In this document: piece by piece, positions 1 through 10,500 of the stretch | Position numbering within the stretch: position 1 is the first letter of the stretch | Layout: each line of letters starts with the position of its first letter | Virus record (IMG/VR): IMGVR_UViG_3300020182_000026 | Location: 52,894-72,893 of that record | DNA: 20,000 bases | From: an uncultured virus (IMG/VR IMGVR_UViG_3300020182_000026) | Taxonomy: Duplodnaviria > Heunggongvirae > Uroviricota > Caudoviricetes | Strand: one strand, 5' to 3' | Translations under genes and position numbers: made by a program | Notes under the pieces: generated by a model | The model's database searches: none | What the model was told of the DNA's origin: nothing | The model's input: the letters and a program-made list of their open reading frames with translations, nothing else

Positions 1-1
1 A

Positions 2-781
2 GAGCTACTGCACGATTTTATCGTAGAAAATGCTCGTCAGATCCACGAGGAACTACTGAACGAAAGTGATGAAGTAGTAGAAGAAGAACTTGAGGAACTA
101 GACGAGTCAGACGATATCGTTGAGCTAGAAGACGAAGCATCAGAACTAGAAGATGATGCATCAGAAATCGAAAACGAAGAATTCTATGACGAAGACGAAA
201 TGGAAGATGAAGAAGCAATCGATGATCTAGAAATGGATGACGATGCTGAAGCAGAAGACGAAGGCGTTGAAGCACGTGTAGATGACCTAGAGTCAGCACT
301 TGCAGAACTAGAAGCAGAATTCGAAAAAATTATGTCAGGTGAAGACGATGACATGGAAGACGAAGCAGACGATATGGATGCGGAAGACGAAATGGAAGAG
401 TCATTTGAACTAGAACTAGACGAGTCAGAAGACGAAGACCTAGAAGAAGGTGAAGAACTTGACCTAGAAGAATCAGAAGATGACGCAGAAGAAGATGAAG
501 ACCTAAATGAGTACGTAACTCCAGTGTCAGCATCAGCAGGCGACAACGGTGATAACACATCATCAACAGTTAATGCAAATCCAAAGCGCCCAGGCGATGA
601 TTCAAATGCAGCACCAGTAAAAGCGAATGATGGTAACACATCAGGCGGCAAAGGTGACGCACCAAAAGATATGAATACAAAGAATGTAAACGTATCAGGT
701 AACTCAAAATCACCAGCAATGTCAAATCAAGCGGCAAAGCCAGGTGATAACGGCGTGAATAACAAGTCAATCACATCGTAA
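2..781 (+). CDS. Highly acidic prohead core/scaffold-associated protein (gp67/gp68-like position), 5'-truncated by the window edge
   Basis: The frame of the 200..781 ORF stays open back to position 2 (ELLHDFIVENARQIHEELLNESDEVV...). It is very D/E-rich, has several L-x-E motifs (LNES, LDES, LEES, LNEY) of the T4 gp21 cleavage type, has a G/N/D/K-rich tail, and lies directly upstream of the prohead protease. Confidence 0.65.
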   Translation, partial: ELLHDFIVENARQIHEELLNESDEVVEEELEELDESDDIVELEDEASELEDDASEIENEEFYDEDEMEDEEAIDDLEMDDDAEAEDEGVEARVDDLESALAELEAEFEKIMSGEDDDMEDEADDMDAEDEMEESFELELDESEDEDLEEGEELDLEESEDDAEEDEDLNEYVTPVSASAGDNGDNTSSTVNANPKRPGDDSNAAPVKANDGNTSGGKGDAPKDMNTKNVNVSGNSKSPAMSNQAAKPGDNGVNNKSITS

Positions 782-805
782 ACTAAATTCTATTTGGAGA
801 AACCA

Positions 806-1435
806 ATGACCGTTCTTATTGAAAGATTTTCACACAGTCAAGCAGGCGTTAAAACCCGCATTGTCGAAGGTGAAGACGGTGGAAAAAACATGTTTATGGA
901 AGGCATTTTCGTCCAAGGTGGCGTTAAGAATGCTAACCAGCGTGTTTACCCGGTTTCAGAAATCTCAAGAGCAGTAGAAAGCGTTCAGAAAAAAATCTCT
1001 GAAGGCTTCCCTGTTCTAGGTGAATGTGATCATCCACCAGAATTAACAGTTAACGTTGACCGTGTGTCCCATATTATTGAAAATATGTGGATGGACGGAC
1101 CGAACGGCTATGGTAAACTTAAAATTGTTCCTACACCAATGGGCAACATCATCAGAACACTAATCGAATCAGGCGCTACATTGGGTGTCTCGTCTCGTGG
1201 TTCAGGTGAAGTTGGCAATGATGGTAACGTGAGTAACTTTGAGATTGTAACTGTAGATATCGTAGCTCAGCCTAGTGCTCCAGAAGCATATCCAAAGGCT
1301 ATCTACGAAGGATTAATGAACATGAAGGGCGGCTATCAAACTTGGCAGCTTGCACAGAGTGTTCAACACGACAAGGCGGCACAGAAGTACTTGTCAGAAG
1401 AAATAGTAAAGTTCATTCGTGAACTTAAACTGTAA
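806..1435 (+). CDS. gp21: Prohead core protease (T4 gp21 family)
   Basis: Family motifs MEGIFVQ..KNANQRVYP, LGECDHP (catalytic His), GVSSRGSG (catalytic Ser) and DIVAQPSAPEAYP. Start moved from TTG 794 to ATG 806 because SD GGAG lies at 796-799. Confidence 0.95.
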   Translation: MTVLIERFSHSQAGVKTRIVEGEDGGKNMFMEGIFVQGGVKNANQRVYPVSEISRAVESVQKKISEGFPVLGECDHPPELTVNVDRVSHIIENMWMDGPNGYGKLKIVPTPMGNIIRTLIESGATLGVSSRGSGEVGNDGNVSNFEIVTVDIVAQPSAPEAYPKAIYEGLMNMKGGYQTWQLAQSVQHDKAAQKYLSEEIVKFIRELKL

Positions 1436-1450
1436 ACAGGAGAAGCAACA

Positions 1451-2560
1451 ATGGCAACAGAAATCCTTGCTAACCTTCTAGAGTCCGGCGCACTAAGCGA
1501 AGAAGCTGGTGCGGCTATTAAAGAGGCTATGGAAGCAAAACTAAATGAAGCAAGAGAGGAAATTACAGCCGAGTTGCGTGAAGAATTCGCACAAAAGTTT
1601 GAACATGACAAAGGTGTTATCGTTGAAGCAATGGATAATATGCTAACTACAGCAATCCAAGCTGAGATGACTGAGTTTAAGTCAGACCGTGAATCTCTAA
1701 TCGCAGAACGAGTTGCGTATAAGAAAGCAATTTCTGAACACGCTAAAATCCTTGAAAAATTCATTACTTCTCAACTTGCAGCAGAAGTTAAGGAACTACA
1801 AGCTGACCGTGCAAAAGTAGCTGAAAATCTAGAAACGACAAAATCGTTTGTAGTGAAGCAACTTTCACGTGAACTTGCAGAATTCCATAACGACAAGCGT
1901 GAATTAGTAGAAACTAAAGTACGCATGGTAGCAGAAGGCAAACAACTTCTTAACAAAACAAAAGAATCATTTGTCAAGCGTTCAGCAGAGCTAGTAGAGA
2001 ACACAATCTCTAATGCTCTACGTTCAGAAATCGCAATGCTTAAAGAGGACATCACAGCGGCTAAAGAAAACGAATTTGGTCGTAAGTTGTTTGAAGCATT
2101 CGCAGGTGAATTCATGTCATCACAATTAAATGAAGGCACAGAAGTAGCTAAAGTGAACAAAAAGCTAAACGAAACTGCTAACAAAGTTGCAGAATTAGAA
2201 GCAGTGATTACTGCTAAAGAAGCAGATATTGCTACAGCGCAAAAAGCAAAGCGCGTAATGGAAGATCGTATGAATCGCAAAGCGAAACTAGACGAACTAC
2301 TATCACCACTTGCTGGTCAAAAGCGTGAAGTAATGTCAGACTTACTTGAATCAGTGAAAACAACTAATTTAAAAACAGCTTTTAAGAAATATCTACCAGC
2401 TGTTTTAAATGAATCAGTTTCAGCGCAAGCGGAAACAAAAACCCTAACAGAAAGCAAAGTTACAGAACACACTGGTGACCGCGTTGTAAAAGAAACAACA
2501 CAGTCAACAGGTGACGATGCTGATATAGTCGTGCTAAGAAAACTAGCCGGTCTAAAGTAA
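1451..2560 (+). CDS. gp22: Prohead core scaffolding protein (T4 gp22-like)
   Basis: Sits between protease and capsid genes; E/K/A-rich helical coiled-coil composition; REEFAQKFEHDK motif; C-terminal LRKLAGLK; SD AGGAG upstream. Confidence 0.85.
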   Translation: MATEILANLLESGALSEEAGAAIKEAMEAKLNEAREEITAELREEFAQKFEHDKGVIVEAMDNMLTTAIQAEMTEFKSDRESLIAERVAYKKAISEHAKILEKFITSQLAAEVKELQADRAKVAENLETTKSFVVKQLSRELAEFHNDKRELVETKVRMVAEGKQLLNKTKESFVKRSAELVENTISNALRSEIAMLKEDITAAKENEFGRKLFEAFAGEFMSSQLNEGTEVAKVNKKLNETANKVAELEAVITAKEADIATAQKAKRVMEDRMNRKAKLDELLSPLAGQKREVMSDLLESVKTTNLKTAFKKYLPAVLNESVSAQAETKTLTESKVTEHTGDRVVKETTQSTGDDADIVVLRKLAGLK

Positions 2561-2588
2561 TTAACCAGAACACAGGAGAATCAAACAG

Positions 2589-3749
2589 ATGGAAAATCTT
2601 TTTGAAGGTAACAACTGGGACAACACACGTGATGCGCTACTAGAAGGTCTAGAAGGCACAAAACGTGACGTAATGTCATCAGTACTAAACAACACAAAAG
2701 TAGCTCTTGCAGAATCAGCAACAGCAGGCGCAACACAAGCAGGTAACATTGCGACACTAAACAAAGTGATCCTACCAGTTATCCGTCGTGTAATGCCAAC
2801 AGTTATTGCAAACGAAATCATCGGCGTACAGCCAATGACTGGTCCAGTGGGTCAGATTCACACACTACGTGTACGTTATGCAGACAACGCAGCAGGCGTA
2901 ACAGCAGGCCAAGAAGCTCTATCACCATTCGATATTGCTAAGTCATACTCAGGCGCAAACGGCTCGGCACCAGCAGCAACAGCAGCAATGGAAGGTACAG
3001 CGGGTAACCGTATGTCAATCCAAGTAATGAAGCAAACTGTTGAAGCAAAAACACGTAAGCTATCAGCACGTTGGACATTCGAAGCGGCACAAGACGCTAA
3101 CGCAATGCACGGTCTAGACGTAGAAGCAGAAATCATGGCAGCACTTGCTATGGAAATCACAGCAGAAATCGACCAAGAAGTTCTAGGTTCACTAGAAAAT
3201 CTAGCGACAACTGGTGCGACTTTCGACATGACAAACACACAGTTTACTGGTACACCAACATTCGTAGGTGATCGTCATGCAGTTCTAGCAACTCTAATCA
3301 ACCAACAAGCTAACCTAGTAGCACAGCGCACACGTCGCGGTGCAGCAAACTGGGCAGTTGTTTCACCAGCAGCACTAACAGTGCTACAGTCAGCAACTAC
3401 ATCAGCTTTCGCACGTACAACAGAAGGTACATTCGAAGCGCCAACAAACACAAAGTTCGTAGGCACACTAAACGGCACAATGCGCGTATATGTAAACACA
3501 TATGCAAATGACGCAGCACCAGTTCTACTAGGCTATAAAGGCTCAGGCGAAATCGATGCAGCAGCATTCTATTGCCCATACGTACCGCTAATGTCATCAG
3601 GCGTTGTTGTGGATCCACAGTCATTCGAACCAGTAGTGTCATTCATGACTCGTTACGGTTACGTTGAGCTAACAAACACAGCATCATCACTAGGTAACGC
3701 AGCAGATTACGTTTCAAAAATCGAAGTTGCAAACCTAGCATTCGTATAA
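2589..3749 (+). CDS. gp23: Major capsid protein (T4 gp23 family, short form)
   Basis: gp23 motifs LPVIRRVMPTVIANEIIGVQPMTGPVGQI, VEAKTRKLSARWTFEAAQD, EITAEIDQE, AAFYCPYVPL and SFEPVVSFMTRYG; SD AGGAG; terminator directly downstream. Confidence 0.97.
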   Translation: MENLFEGNNWDNTRDALLEGLEGTKRDVMSSVLNNTKVALAESATAGATQAGNIATLNKVILPVIRRVMPTVIANEIIGVQPMTGPVGQIHTLRVRYADNAAGVTAGQEALSPFDIAKSYSGANGSAPAATAAMEGTAGNRMSIQVMKQTVEAKTRKLSARWTFEAAQDANAMHGLDVEAEIMAALAMEITAEIDQEVLGSLENLATTGATFDMTNTQFTGTPTFVGDRHAVLATLINQQANLVAQRTRRGAANWAVVSPAALTVLQSATTSAFARTTEGTFEAPTNTKFVGTLNGTMRVYVNTYANDAAPVLLGYKGSGEIDAAAFYCPYVPLMSSGVVVDPQSFEPVVSFMTRYGYVELTNTASSLGNAADYVSKIEVANLAFV

Positions 3750-3775
3750 GTTTTACTTAAACGATTACTAATATT

Positions 3776-3804
3776 AACCCGGGAGGAAACTCCCGGGTTT
3801 TTTT
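3776..3804 (+). terminator. Rho-independent terminator after the capsid gene
   Basis: AACCCGGGAG-GAAA-CTCCCGGGTT perfect stem with GNRA loop, running into a T7 tract. Confidence 0.93.
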
Positions 3805-3822
3805 ATGTTCTAAGTTAAATCT

Positions 3823-3830
3823 GATAAATA
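3823..3830 (+). promoter_or_regulatory. Putative T4-type late promoter (GATAAATA)
   Basis: 7/8 match to the T4 late -10 box TATAAATA, between the terminator and the next ATG (3863). The same core recurs in other intergenic regions of the window. Confidence 0.7.
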
Positions 3831-3862
3831 GACATAACACAATCTAAGTTTGGAAGAATAAC

Positions 3863-5563
3863 ATGGCAGAACAAATAAAATTTGACGACCGATTATTTCT
3901 AAGAGGTGAGAAAGTTCTATTTGATAATGGTACAGAAGATGCTATTATCGAATCAAGAAATGGCACCTTAGTTATTAAAGGCAATCTGATAGTTGATGGT
4001 ACGACAACATCAGTTAATACAATCAATACTGAAATATCAGATCCATTTATGTTACTTAATAGTGAACATACTGGTTCAGCATCAGACGATGTTGGTATTG
4101 AAATTCAGAGAGATGTAGACGGAAATGTCAAGTTCGGTTGGGACGAAACGAATGACAGATGGACAACATTTGGAGAAACATTCTATTCCGGTAATATTGA
4201 AGCAGATACAATTCTTGCAAATACAAGTATCACTGGGCCGCTTATTTCTTCTAATGTCAATATAACTGGCGGCAATATCAACGGTACTGTAATTGGTGAC
4301 ACTAATCCAGTGCAAGCATACTTTACTGACATCTATGGTGACGGTACAAATATCACTAATGTTCTTACAAACTATACAACAACAGACTTAGCTGAAGGCA
4401 CAAACTTATATTACACAGATGAGCGTGTTGATGATAGAATTAGTAATCTATTTGACGCATCGTATGGTATTTCTGCTACATACACTGACCCTGCAAATAC
4501 TTTTGAAATTAGTTTTGATGCTACAAATATAGGCACTGGTGAACAAATTCTTGATACTACTAACACCACACAAGCAGCATTTAGAACACTTTCATCAGGT
4601 CCTAACTTAGACTTAACTGTTTCAACAGACGGCGATAATATTGTTGTAGATACAGCAGTTAAAATTAATAATTTAGAATTCAATACGTTTACTGGCACTG
4701 GTTCTGTTAGTCAGTTTGTACTTCCTTATACTGTATCGCAAGATTGGCAAGTCCTAGTCTACATTGATGGTGTAGTACAAGAACCAACAACATCATACAC
4801 GATGGCTGGTAATACATTGACACTATCAGCGCCACTCGCACTAAGTTCTGTTATGAATATAATTAAGATGGCAAGTAACACAGTTGCATCAACTGTTGCA
4901 GATGCAGATACATTGAATACATTTGCAGGATCTTATTACTTAGATTATGCAAACTTTACTAATACGCCTACTATCCCAACAGTTCCGACAAACGTAAGCG
5001 CATTCACAAACGATGCAAACTACATTACATCAGCCGCAATACCAACAAACCATATGGTAAATGATGCTAACAACACAGTAGCAGGTTCAATTTCGCCATC
5101 ACAAGATGCGACATACGATTTGGGAACAGCGACAGAACAATGGAATGTAATTTATGGACATACAGTAGAAGCAACATACGCTGACCTTGCAGAGAGATAT
5201 TCAGCAGATGCTCCTTATGAACCAGGTACTGTTCTAGTATTTGGCGGCGAAGCAGAAATTACAACAACTACGATGATAGCAGATACTAAAGTAGTTGGTA
5301 TCGTTTCAACTGATCCAGCACTTAAAATGAATTCAGCAGCAGGTAATTCACAGACGCATCCTTATATTGCTCTTAAAGGCAGAGTGCCATGCAAAGTAAT
5401 CGGCAAAGTCGAAAAGGGAGACCTGTTGGTAACATCAGATAGACCTGGGTACGCTAAAACATCACTGGGTGTTCCAATGATTGGTACTGTAATTGGCAAA
5501 GCAATTGAAGCAAAGCCGGGAACAGGTGAAGGAATAGTCGAAGTATTTGTGAGTATGATGTAA
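3863..5563 (+). CDS. Virion fibre/appendage protein (566 aa) with C-terminal Peptidase_G2-like autocleaving chaperone
   Basis: T/N/G/D-rich beta-type modules (GNLIVDGTTTSVNT..., DLAEGTNLYYTDER, VYIDGVVQEP). C-terminus YADLAERY..YEPGTVLVFGG..VGIVST.PA..MN..IALKGRVPCKVIG.VEKGDLL resembles the phi29 gp12-type chaperone. Confidence 0.8.
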   Translation: MAEQIKFDDRLFLRGEKVLFDNGTEDAIIESRNGTLVIKGNLIVDGTTTSVNTINTEISDPFMLLNSEHTGSASDDVGIEIQRDVDGNVKFGWDETNDRWTTFGETFYSGNIEADTILANTSITGPLISSNVNITGGNINGTVIGDTNPVQAYFTDIYGDGTNITNVLTNYTTTDLAEGTNLYYTDERVDDRISNLFDASYGISATYTDPANTFEISFDATNIGTGEQILDTTNTTQAAFRTLSSGPNLDLTVSTDGDNIVVDTAVKINNLEFNTFTGTGSVSQFVLPYTVSQDWQVLVYIDGVVQEPTTSYTMAGNTLTLSAPLALSSVMNIIKMASNTVASTVADADTLNTFAGSYYLDYANFTNTPTIPTVPTNVSAFTNDANYITSAAIPTNHMVNDANNTVAGSISPSQDATYDLGTATEQWNVIYGHTVEATYADLAERYSADAPYEPGTVLVFGGEAEITTTTMIADTKVVGIVSTDPALKMNSAAGNSQTHPYIALKGRVPCKVIGKVEKGDLLVTSDRPGYAKTSLGVPMIGTVIGKAIEAKPGTGEGIVEVFVSMM

Positions 5564-7503
5564 TGACTACAAATATTAATTCATATATTTTAGGTGCATC
5601 TACTGTACAGAATACTAATTTGCACAATAGTGTATTCGGAACAACAGCAGGTACGGCAGTAGAAGGTGATACTCAGTTCACACTAAATGTTGGAGGAGAT
5701 TTAACAGGCGGTGGAACTATTACGTTAGGTTCTGGTGGAACTCTTAATGTGAGTTATACTGGTCCTGTTATTCCTACGCTTATAAGTTCATTTACAAATG
5801 ATAGTGGCTATCTAACATCATTTACTGAAACAGACCCAACAGTTCCAACACATGTAAAATCAATATCTGGATCTAATATAGCTAATTGGAATACAGCTTA
5901 TGGATGGGGAGATCATTCACTAGTTGGATATCTAACATCATTCACCGAGACAGACCCAACAGTTCCAACACATGTAAAATCAATATCTGGATCTAATATA
6001 GCTAATTGGGATACAGCATATGGATGGGGAGATCATTCACTAGTTGGATATCTAACATCATTCACCGAGACAGATCCTATATTTCAGGCGCATCCTGTTT
6101 ATAATATTACTAATACAAAAATCACAGAGTGGGATACAGCATATGGATGGGGAGATCATTCGCTAGTTGGCTATCTAACATCATTCACAGAGACAGATCC
6201 TACTGTTCCAGGGTATGTAAAAGCTATTACATCAACTGAAATATCACATTGGAATACAGCTTATGGATGGGGAGATCACTCTACATATGGTTATATCACA
6301 TCATTTACTGATACAAATGATTATGTTAACAGCTTAACATTTTCTACATCAACTGGTCTTCTTACCTTAGGTAGAACTGGAACACTAAATGATTTGACTG
6401 TTGATTTAGATGGGCGCTATCAACTTACAGGCACATTCGCAGAGACCGATACGCTCGACAGTGTAACTACACGCGGTAATTCTACGACTAACGATATTAC
6501 AGTACATGATTTAATAGTCAATGGTAATCTAACAGTTGAAGGTACTACAGTAACAGTTAACGCAACAGAACTTGTAATTGAAGATAATATGATTTATCTA
6601 AACGATGGATCTACTATTACTAATCCTGACTTGGGTTGGGCAGGCAATTATAATGACGGTACATATAGACATGCCGGTATGTTTAGAGATGCAACTGACG
6701 GTATATTTAAAGCATTTGACGGTTACACACCAGAACCTGGGCAATCTATAGATATTGCACATGCAAGTTTTAGTCTTGCACCGCTACAAGCAGAAACATT
6801 TCACGGACCATTAAATGGTAATGCGTCAACAGCAAGTTCATTGGCGACTGCACGTACTATTACATTATCAGGTGATGTTACTGGCTCGGCATCGTTTGAT
6901 GGATCATCAAATATTACGATTAATACAAGTGGTACATATTTGTCAAGTGCTTCATTTAATACAACAAATGGTGTACTGACTCTTACTAAAAATGATACGA
7001 ATACAGTAACGGTTGACTTAGATGGTCGCTACACTGATAACGTAAATGCGGATGCAATGAATCAGGGTGTAGCAACAACTGACTCCCCTAATTTTGTTGA
7101 TGTAACTGCTACTAACTTTCACGGCACTGCGACTACAGCAAAATATGCTGACCTTGCAGAAAAATATACAACAGAAATTGAACATCCGGTGGGAACTGTT
7201 ATGATGGTTTCGTCATCAGATGACTACGAAACTTGTCCAGTTCAAACATTGGGATATCCGATTGGAGTAATTTCTGAGAATCCAGCATTCTTAATGAACG
7301 AAGAATGTGATGGGCAGGCACTAGCTCTTAAAGGTCGAGTACCAGTTAGAGTTGTAGGTAAAATTAAAAAAGGCGAAGCTGTTTTTGTATATGAGAATGG
7401 TACCGCAGGTAAACAATATAACGGTGCCCACATTGTTGGTATTGCACTAGAAACAAATACGGACGCAGGTGAAAAACTTGTTGAATGTGTATTAAAAACA
7501 TAA
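5563..7503 (+). CDS. Virion fibre protein (646 aa) with 40-aa WxTAYGWGDH repeats and C-terminal Peptidase_G2-like chaperone
   Basis: TAATG stop/start overlap with the previous gene; tandem repeats; two TVDLDGRY modules; C-terminal YADLAEKY...ALKGRVPVRVVG. Confidence 0.8.
   Translation: MTTNINSYILGASTVQNTNLHNSVFGTTAGTAVEGDTQFTLNVGGDLTGGGTITLGSGGTLNVSYTGPVIPTLISSFTNDSGYLTSFTETDPTVPTHVKSISGSNIANWNTAYGWGDHSLVGYLTSFTETDPTVPTHVKSISGSNIANWDTAYGWGDHSLVGYLTSFTETDPIFQAHPVYNITNTKITEWDTAYGWGDHSLVGYLTSFTETDPTVPGYVKAITSTEISHWNTAYGWGDHSTYGYITSFTDTNDYVNSLTFSTSTGLLTLGRTGTLNDLTVDLDGRYQLTGTFAETDTLDSVTTRGNSTTNDITVHDLIVNGNLTVEGTTVTVNATELVIEDNMIYLNDGSTITNPDLGWAGNYNDGTYRHAGMFRDATDGIFKAFDGYTPEPGQSIDIAHASFSLAPLQAETFHGPLNGNASTASSLATARTITLSGDVTGSASFDGSSNITINTSGTYLSSASFNTTNGVLTLTKNDTNTVTVDLDGRYTDNVNADAMNQGVATTDSPNFVDVTATNFHGTATTAKYADLAEKYTTEIEHPVGTVMMVSSSDDYETCPVQTLGYPIGVISENPAFLMNEECDGQALALKGRVPVRVVGKIKKGEAVFVYENGTAGKQYNGAHIVGIALETNTDAGEKLVECVLKT
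5806..6310 (+). repeat. Coding tandem repeat, 120/120/123/120 nt (GYLTSFTETDP...W[N/D]TAYGWGDHS), 4 copies plus a partial fifth
   Basis: Units start at 5806, 5926, 6046, 6169 and 6289; units 1 and 2 are nearly identical in DNA. Confidence 0.92.
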
Positions 7504-7516
7504 AGGTTGAGAACTA

Positions 7517-10500
7517 ATGAGTATAACAAAGGTAAGCAAGTTTGTACTAGAAGATAACAGTGTTTCGTTATCCAAACTAGATACAACTAGTGCATTTGAA
7601 GGGCAAATTTTAGCAGTTGGTGCAGGTAACACTCTACAATTTGAAGATAAACTTGTAACAGAGGATGTTGAAGATATTGTAGCGGGTTTAATCCTACGAG
7701 GAAATCACACTAATATCTCAGTCTCGTATGTAGATGGTACGAACCAACTTAACTTGAATGCAAGCGGAGCGGTTACAAGTGTAAACACTCAGACCGGAGC
7801 AGTGGTTTTAGACACAGATAATATAAATGAAGGTGCAGGAAATCTTTATTATACAGATGCTAGATTTAATACTGCACTTGGACTAAAAACTACAGATAAT
7901 CTTTCTGAAGGTACGCTCAACCTGTACTTTACAGATCAAAGAGTACACGATGCAATTAGTGTCACTGATTTAAGTGGAGACGGTTCTCTTACATATTCAA
8001 ACGGTATTATCACATATACCGGCCCATCAGCAAATGAAGTCCGCGCCCATTTCTCAGCCGGAACCGGCGTTTCTATTTCAAATGGGGAAATCTCAATCGG
8101 ACAGGATGTATCTCCTTCAAGTAACGTGGTATTCAATGATATTAATGCAACTAACAATGTTATTATTGACGGCAACTTAACTGTATCTGGTACAACGACT
8201 ACTGTATTCTCCGAAACAACACGTATCAATGAAAACTTATTATACCTTAACGAAGGCGGAGAAACGACAATCACTGGTGCCGTCGGTAATGGCACAACAG
8301 TAACATATACTGCGGACAATACATATAGTTTAGGTTATACAGTTGATATTACGGGTGTAAATCCAAGTAGCTTTAACATTGAAGATGGTATAGTTACTGC
8401 GGCAGATGCCACATCATTTACTATTACAAGCTCAGTCACAGATACATATGTATCAGGTGGTGAATCATATGGACATGCGCATGTTAACGCAGACTTAGGT
8501 TGGGTAGGTGCATACGATGACGGAACATACGCACACAGTGGTTTATTCAGAGATGCATCAGACGGTGTATTTAAAATCTTTGATAGTTATACTGTTGAGC
8601 CAAGCGACAGTTCGAATATTAACATAGCACATGCGTCTTATAATTCAGCATCTATGCTTGTAGATAATTTAACAGCAGAAGGTAACATTTCAGCAACAAA
8701 TATTTCAGGTGATGGTACAAACATCACTAACGTTCTTACAAACTATACAACTACAAATCTGGTAGAAGGAACAAATCTATATTTTACAGATGAAAGAGTA
8801 GATGACAGAGTTGCTGCATTGATGACTCCAGGTACAAATATCACTATGCAGTACGATGATATTGCTGGCACGTTTACAATAAATGCAAATGGTTTAACAG
8901 GTAATACTACAGATGATTTACTTGAAGGCGCAAGTAACCTGTACCATACAAATGAACGTGTCGATGACCGTGTCGCAGACCTACTAGTCGCTGGTAATAA
9001 TATTACATTAACTTATAACGATACTGCTGGAACAATAACAATCGATGGCATCGAAGATGATTTTTCAAATAATACTACTGATAATCTTTCTGAAGGTGCA
9101 ACAAACTTATACTTCACTGATGAACGTGCGCAAGATGCAGTTGCATCAGCACTAGTAGCAGGCACCAATACTAATATTGTTTATGATGACAATGCTAATA
9201 CTATCACTATTTCTGCAACACCAACAGGCGGCTTTGATTTATCACAGAACACAACAGATGATTTAACAGAAGGTTCAACGAATCTTTATTATACAGATGC
9301 ACGTGTTAGAGAAGCGTTAACTGTAGTAGACACAAGTGAGTTTGATACCTTCTCGTTTGATGAAAATACTGGCGTGATTTCACATCAAGGTGTTTCTACA
9401 TCAGATATTAGACAGACGCTAACTGGCGGAACTGGGGTAATTTATAACAATACGACTGGCGAAATCTCAATTGGACAAGACGTTGGTATAGCTGCTGACG
9501 TGCAGTTTGCGAATATGGTTTTAACTGGTAATCTAACAGTTACTGGCGCATATACAGTTGTAAATACTGAAACAATAAATCTTGCGGATAATATTCTTCT
9601 ATTAAACTCAAATGAAACTGGAGTACCAACACAATCAGGTGGTATTGAAATTGAACGTGGTACTGACTTAAATGTGTCATTCTTGTGGAATGAAGGCAGT
9701 GATTATTGGTCACTGGGTGCTGAGAACTTATTCACTAGTGGTACGTTCTTAGGAGATTTACAAGGTAATGTAATTGGTAATGTTACTGGTCAAATCACAG
9801 ATATTTCCAATCATGTGACTGATGACCTATCAGAAGGTTTTAGTAACTTATATTGGACAGATACGCGCTTTAATGATGCATTTGAAGGAAAAGATTCAGA
9901 TGACCTGTCTGAAGGTATAACAAATCTTTATTGGACAATCCCGCGCGGTCGAGGCGCAATAAGTGCAACTGGTGACTTGACTTATAATAGTGGCACTGGT
10001 GTTGTGCATTTTAATTTAACAGAACATACAACCAGTGAGTTGCCTGAAGGTACAAACTTATATTATACCGAAGCGAGAGCGGATACACGTGTTGATGTTT
10101 TAAGAACAGACTTAGCAACATCTGGTGATGCAAACGTACATTTCGATAATATTTCAAACGTGCCCGCAGTAACAAAAGATGTTCTGACTGGTGACAATAC
10201 AAATGCTACATTCAACCTAAGCGCAACACCAGGAAATGCAGATGCAGTAATCGTAACTATGAACGGTGTCACTCAGATGCCAGGTTCAGATTATTCAGTT
10301 ACCGGCTCTACGATTACATTTACAACGACCCCACCTGCAGGACAGATAATTCTGGTTCGACATGTTGGTTACCAAATTGTAGGCTCAGTAGCAGATAACG
10401 ATTTGTCACTGACTGGTGGCACAATGAGCGGTTCAATTCTTGTTAATGCAGATAATCAATATGACTTGGGTAGTACAACTAACCAATGGCGTACTATTTA

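Noticed and set aside
794..805. TTG start for the protease
   Set aside because: The TTG overlaps the GGAG SD that is correctly spaced for ATG 806.
7810..10080. DLxEG repeats as prohead-protease (L-x-E) cleavage sites
   Set aside because: They match the consensus but sit inside a longer conserved structural repeat of presumably external fibres, which the protease is unlikely to reach; no supporting evidence.
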